This document shows positions 62,771 to 64,000 of a DNA stretch of 64,000 bases, in pieces (position 1 is the stretch's first letter; the number at the start of each line of letters is the position of its first letter). Both the position numbers and the translations under genes were made by a program. The notes below the pieces were generated by a model. That model saw nothing but the letters and a program-made list of their open reading frames with translations. It was not told where the DNA came from and did no database searches. This DNA is from Lingula anatina (taxonomy: Eukaryota > Animalia > Brachiopoda), in NCBI GenBank assembly GCA_051362555.1, contig CM120641.1, positions 18,042,001 through 18,106,000 of the forward strand. The letters are read 5' to 3'.

Positions 62771-62997
62771 TAGTTGGGTCGGCTCTACTCTGGGGGGGGG
62801 GGGGGGGGGGCTCGCTTAGTGCAATCAGCTTAACTGAATGACATACCTACTCAAGCAGCAAGCTAAACATTAATTACCCTCTAGCTGCTCCAGGAGGCAT
62901 GTGAGACAAGGTGATTCCACTGATTGCATTTAGCCAGAATCCCCCACAGAGTTGGACCAACTGAACTAGTACAATGAGTTCATCTGATTGGGGTATT
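62771..62997. mobile_element. Degenerate MITE related to family A, with a G-run
   Basis: Shares ctcgcttagtgcaatcagcttaactgaatgaca and ctgattgcatttagc..cagagttgga with the 39049 element; boundaries approximate. Confidence 0.6.
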
Positions 62998-64000
62998 AGA
63001 GACATTCTTAACTGCTGGTTTAACACCATGGTCAAGCAATTTTAAGTGATTGCAATTAATTATTATAATCAGGTAAGGGAATAATCCTCCAAATCCAGCT
63101 AATAAGTAAGACAACAGTCAAAAGAAAACAAACCTAGTGAAGCATTGGAGTTGTTCTGAATTGCACATAATAACAGATCTATATATCAATCTATTAAGTG
63201 TGTGAAAAGAATCTTTAAGGTTAATGGTGTCTTCCCAGGGTTTATCCAAGTTAAGTATCTGGTTGCATAAGCCAGATTCTTTACCTGTCTGTCTGAGAAC
63301 ACACTGTCTCTTCTTACTCATGTGTGCTGTTGAGATAAACTGTTTTCTTTGTAATGCTCTGTTTGAGGCCAAATTTGATATCATCGGCAAAAAATACTTC
63401 AGCAACTTCTTTCCCAGTAAAGAATAAGATAAAAAAACTAGTATCAAAATAGCATGCATCAATTGAATCAATGAGTGTAACTAATTTGGCTGGGTAACTG
63501 AAGCTGACATCAAACTGCAAAAATGTTGGCCCCATATCATCTTTGTAAAATATGTCATCTAAATGGAAAGCAAATATGCTGGTGGTGTTTTCACCCTTGC
63601 CATGTCTTCAACCATGTTGTCAAACAAAGTCTGTGATGTCATATTTGACCTAATACTGTAACATTAATTGCTTGTGACATATATTTCATACTGAGCCTGT
63701 CAAATTATTACAATGCTTGATTGTTTTTTCTAAGTTTGATCTCAGCCACATTAACAGAGCATGCCTCCCTTCTCCAATTATACACTGCTACTACCAAAAT
63801 TAATAGATATCACAAAGGACTTAAGTCTTCATTTTTCACATATTTTATAGCACATTTTCAAATTTCTATTCTGAAATCCCCTTTAGTCAATAGAAATCAT
63901 TGAGTCTAAAGGCTGTCAGCACTGTGTATCCTCACACAAGACTAGAAAATGTTTGAGAATTCCTGTGGGGTGGGTTTAACTTTTAAGTGATAAGGGTAAA

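Noticed and set aside
63314-63535. ORF with FFADDIK resembling the reverse-transcriptase FADD motif
   Set aside because: No PQG or other RT motifs at the proper spacing; likely chance or too decayed to call.

Overview
AT-rich, visibly CpG-depleted eukaryotic genomic DNA from an invertebrate animal (plausibly a mollusc or other lophotrochozoan; the species cannot be fixed from sequence). The whole window lies inside one minus-strand gene, a Trio/Kalirin (UNC-73) family RhoGEF. I traced 33 GT-AG exons from 60864 down to 6657 with matching splice phases throughout (4612 nt, about 1537 codons). They encode the C-terminal part of the Sec14/CRAL-TRIO domain, the spectrin repeats, DH1-PH1 and the Ser-rich linker. 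The 5' exons and the SH3/GEF2/kinase exons lie outside the window. Most ORFs in the supplied track are spurious. Most interesting unexplained structure: (1) candidate internal start exons in the two largest introns that would make N-terminally truncated isoforms, one with a hydrophobic leader (24361-24459) and one at the position matching the delta-Kalirin start (45289-45385); (2) decayed intronic copies of the gene's own exons (17091-17210, 18814-18863); (3) a four-element nest of DNA transposons at 7728-9230; (4) a splice junction that can slide 4 nt in frame; (5) a candidate stop-containing exon after PH1. All isoform claims are inference from splice signals and need transcript data.
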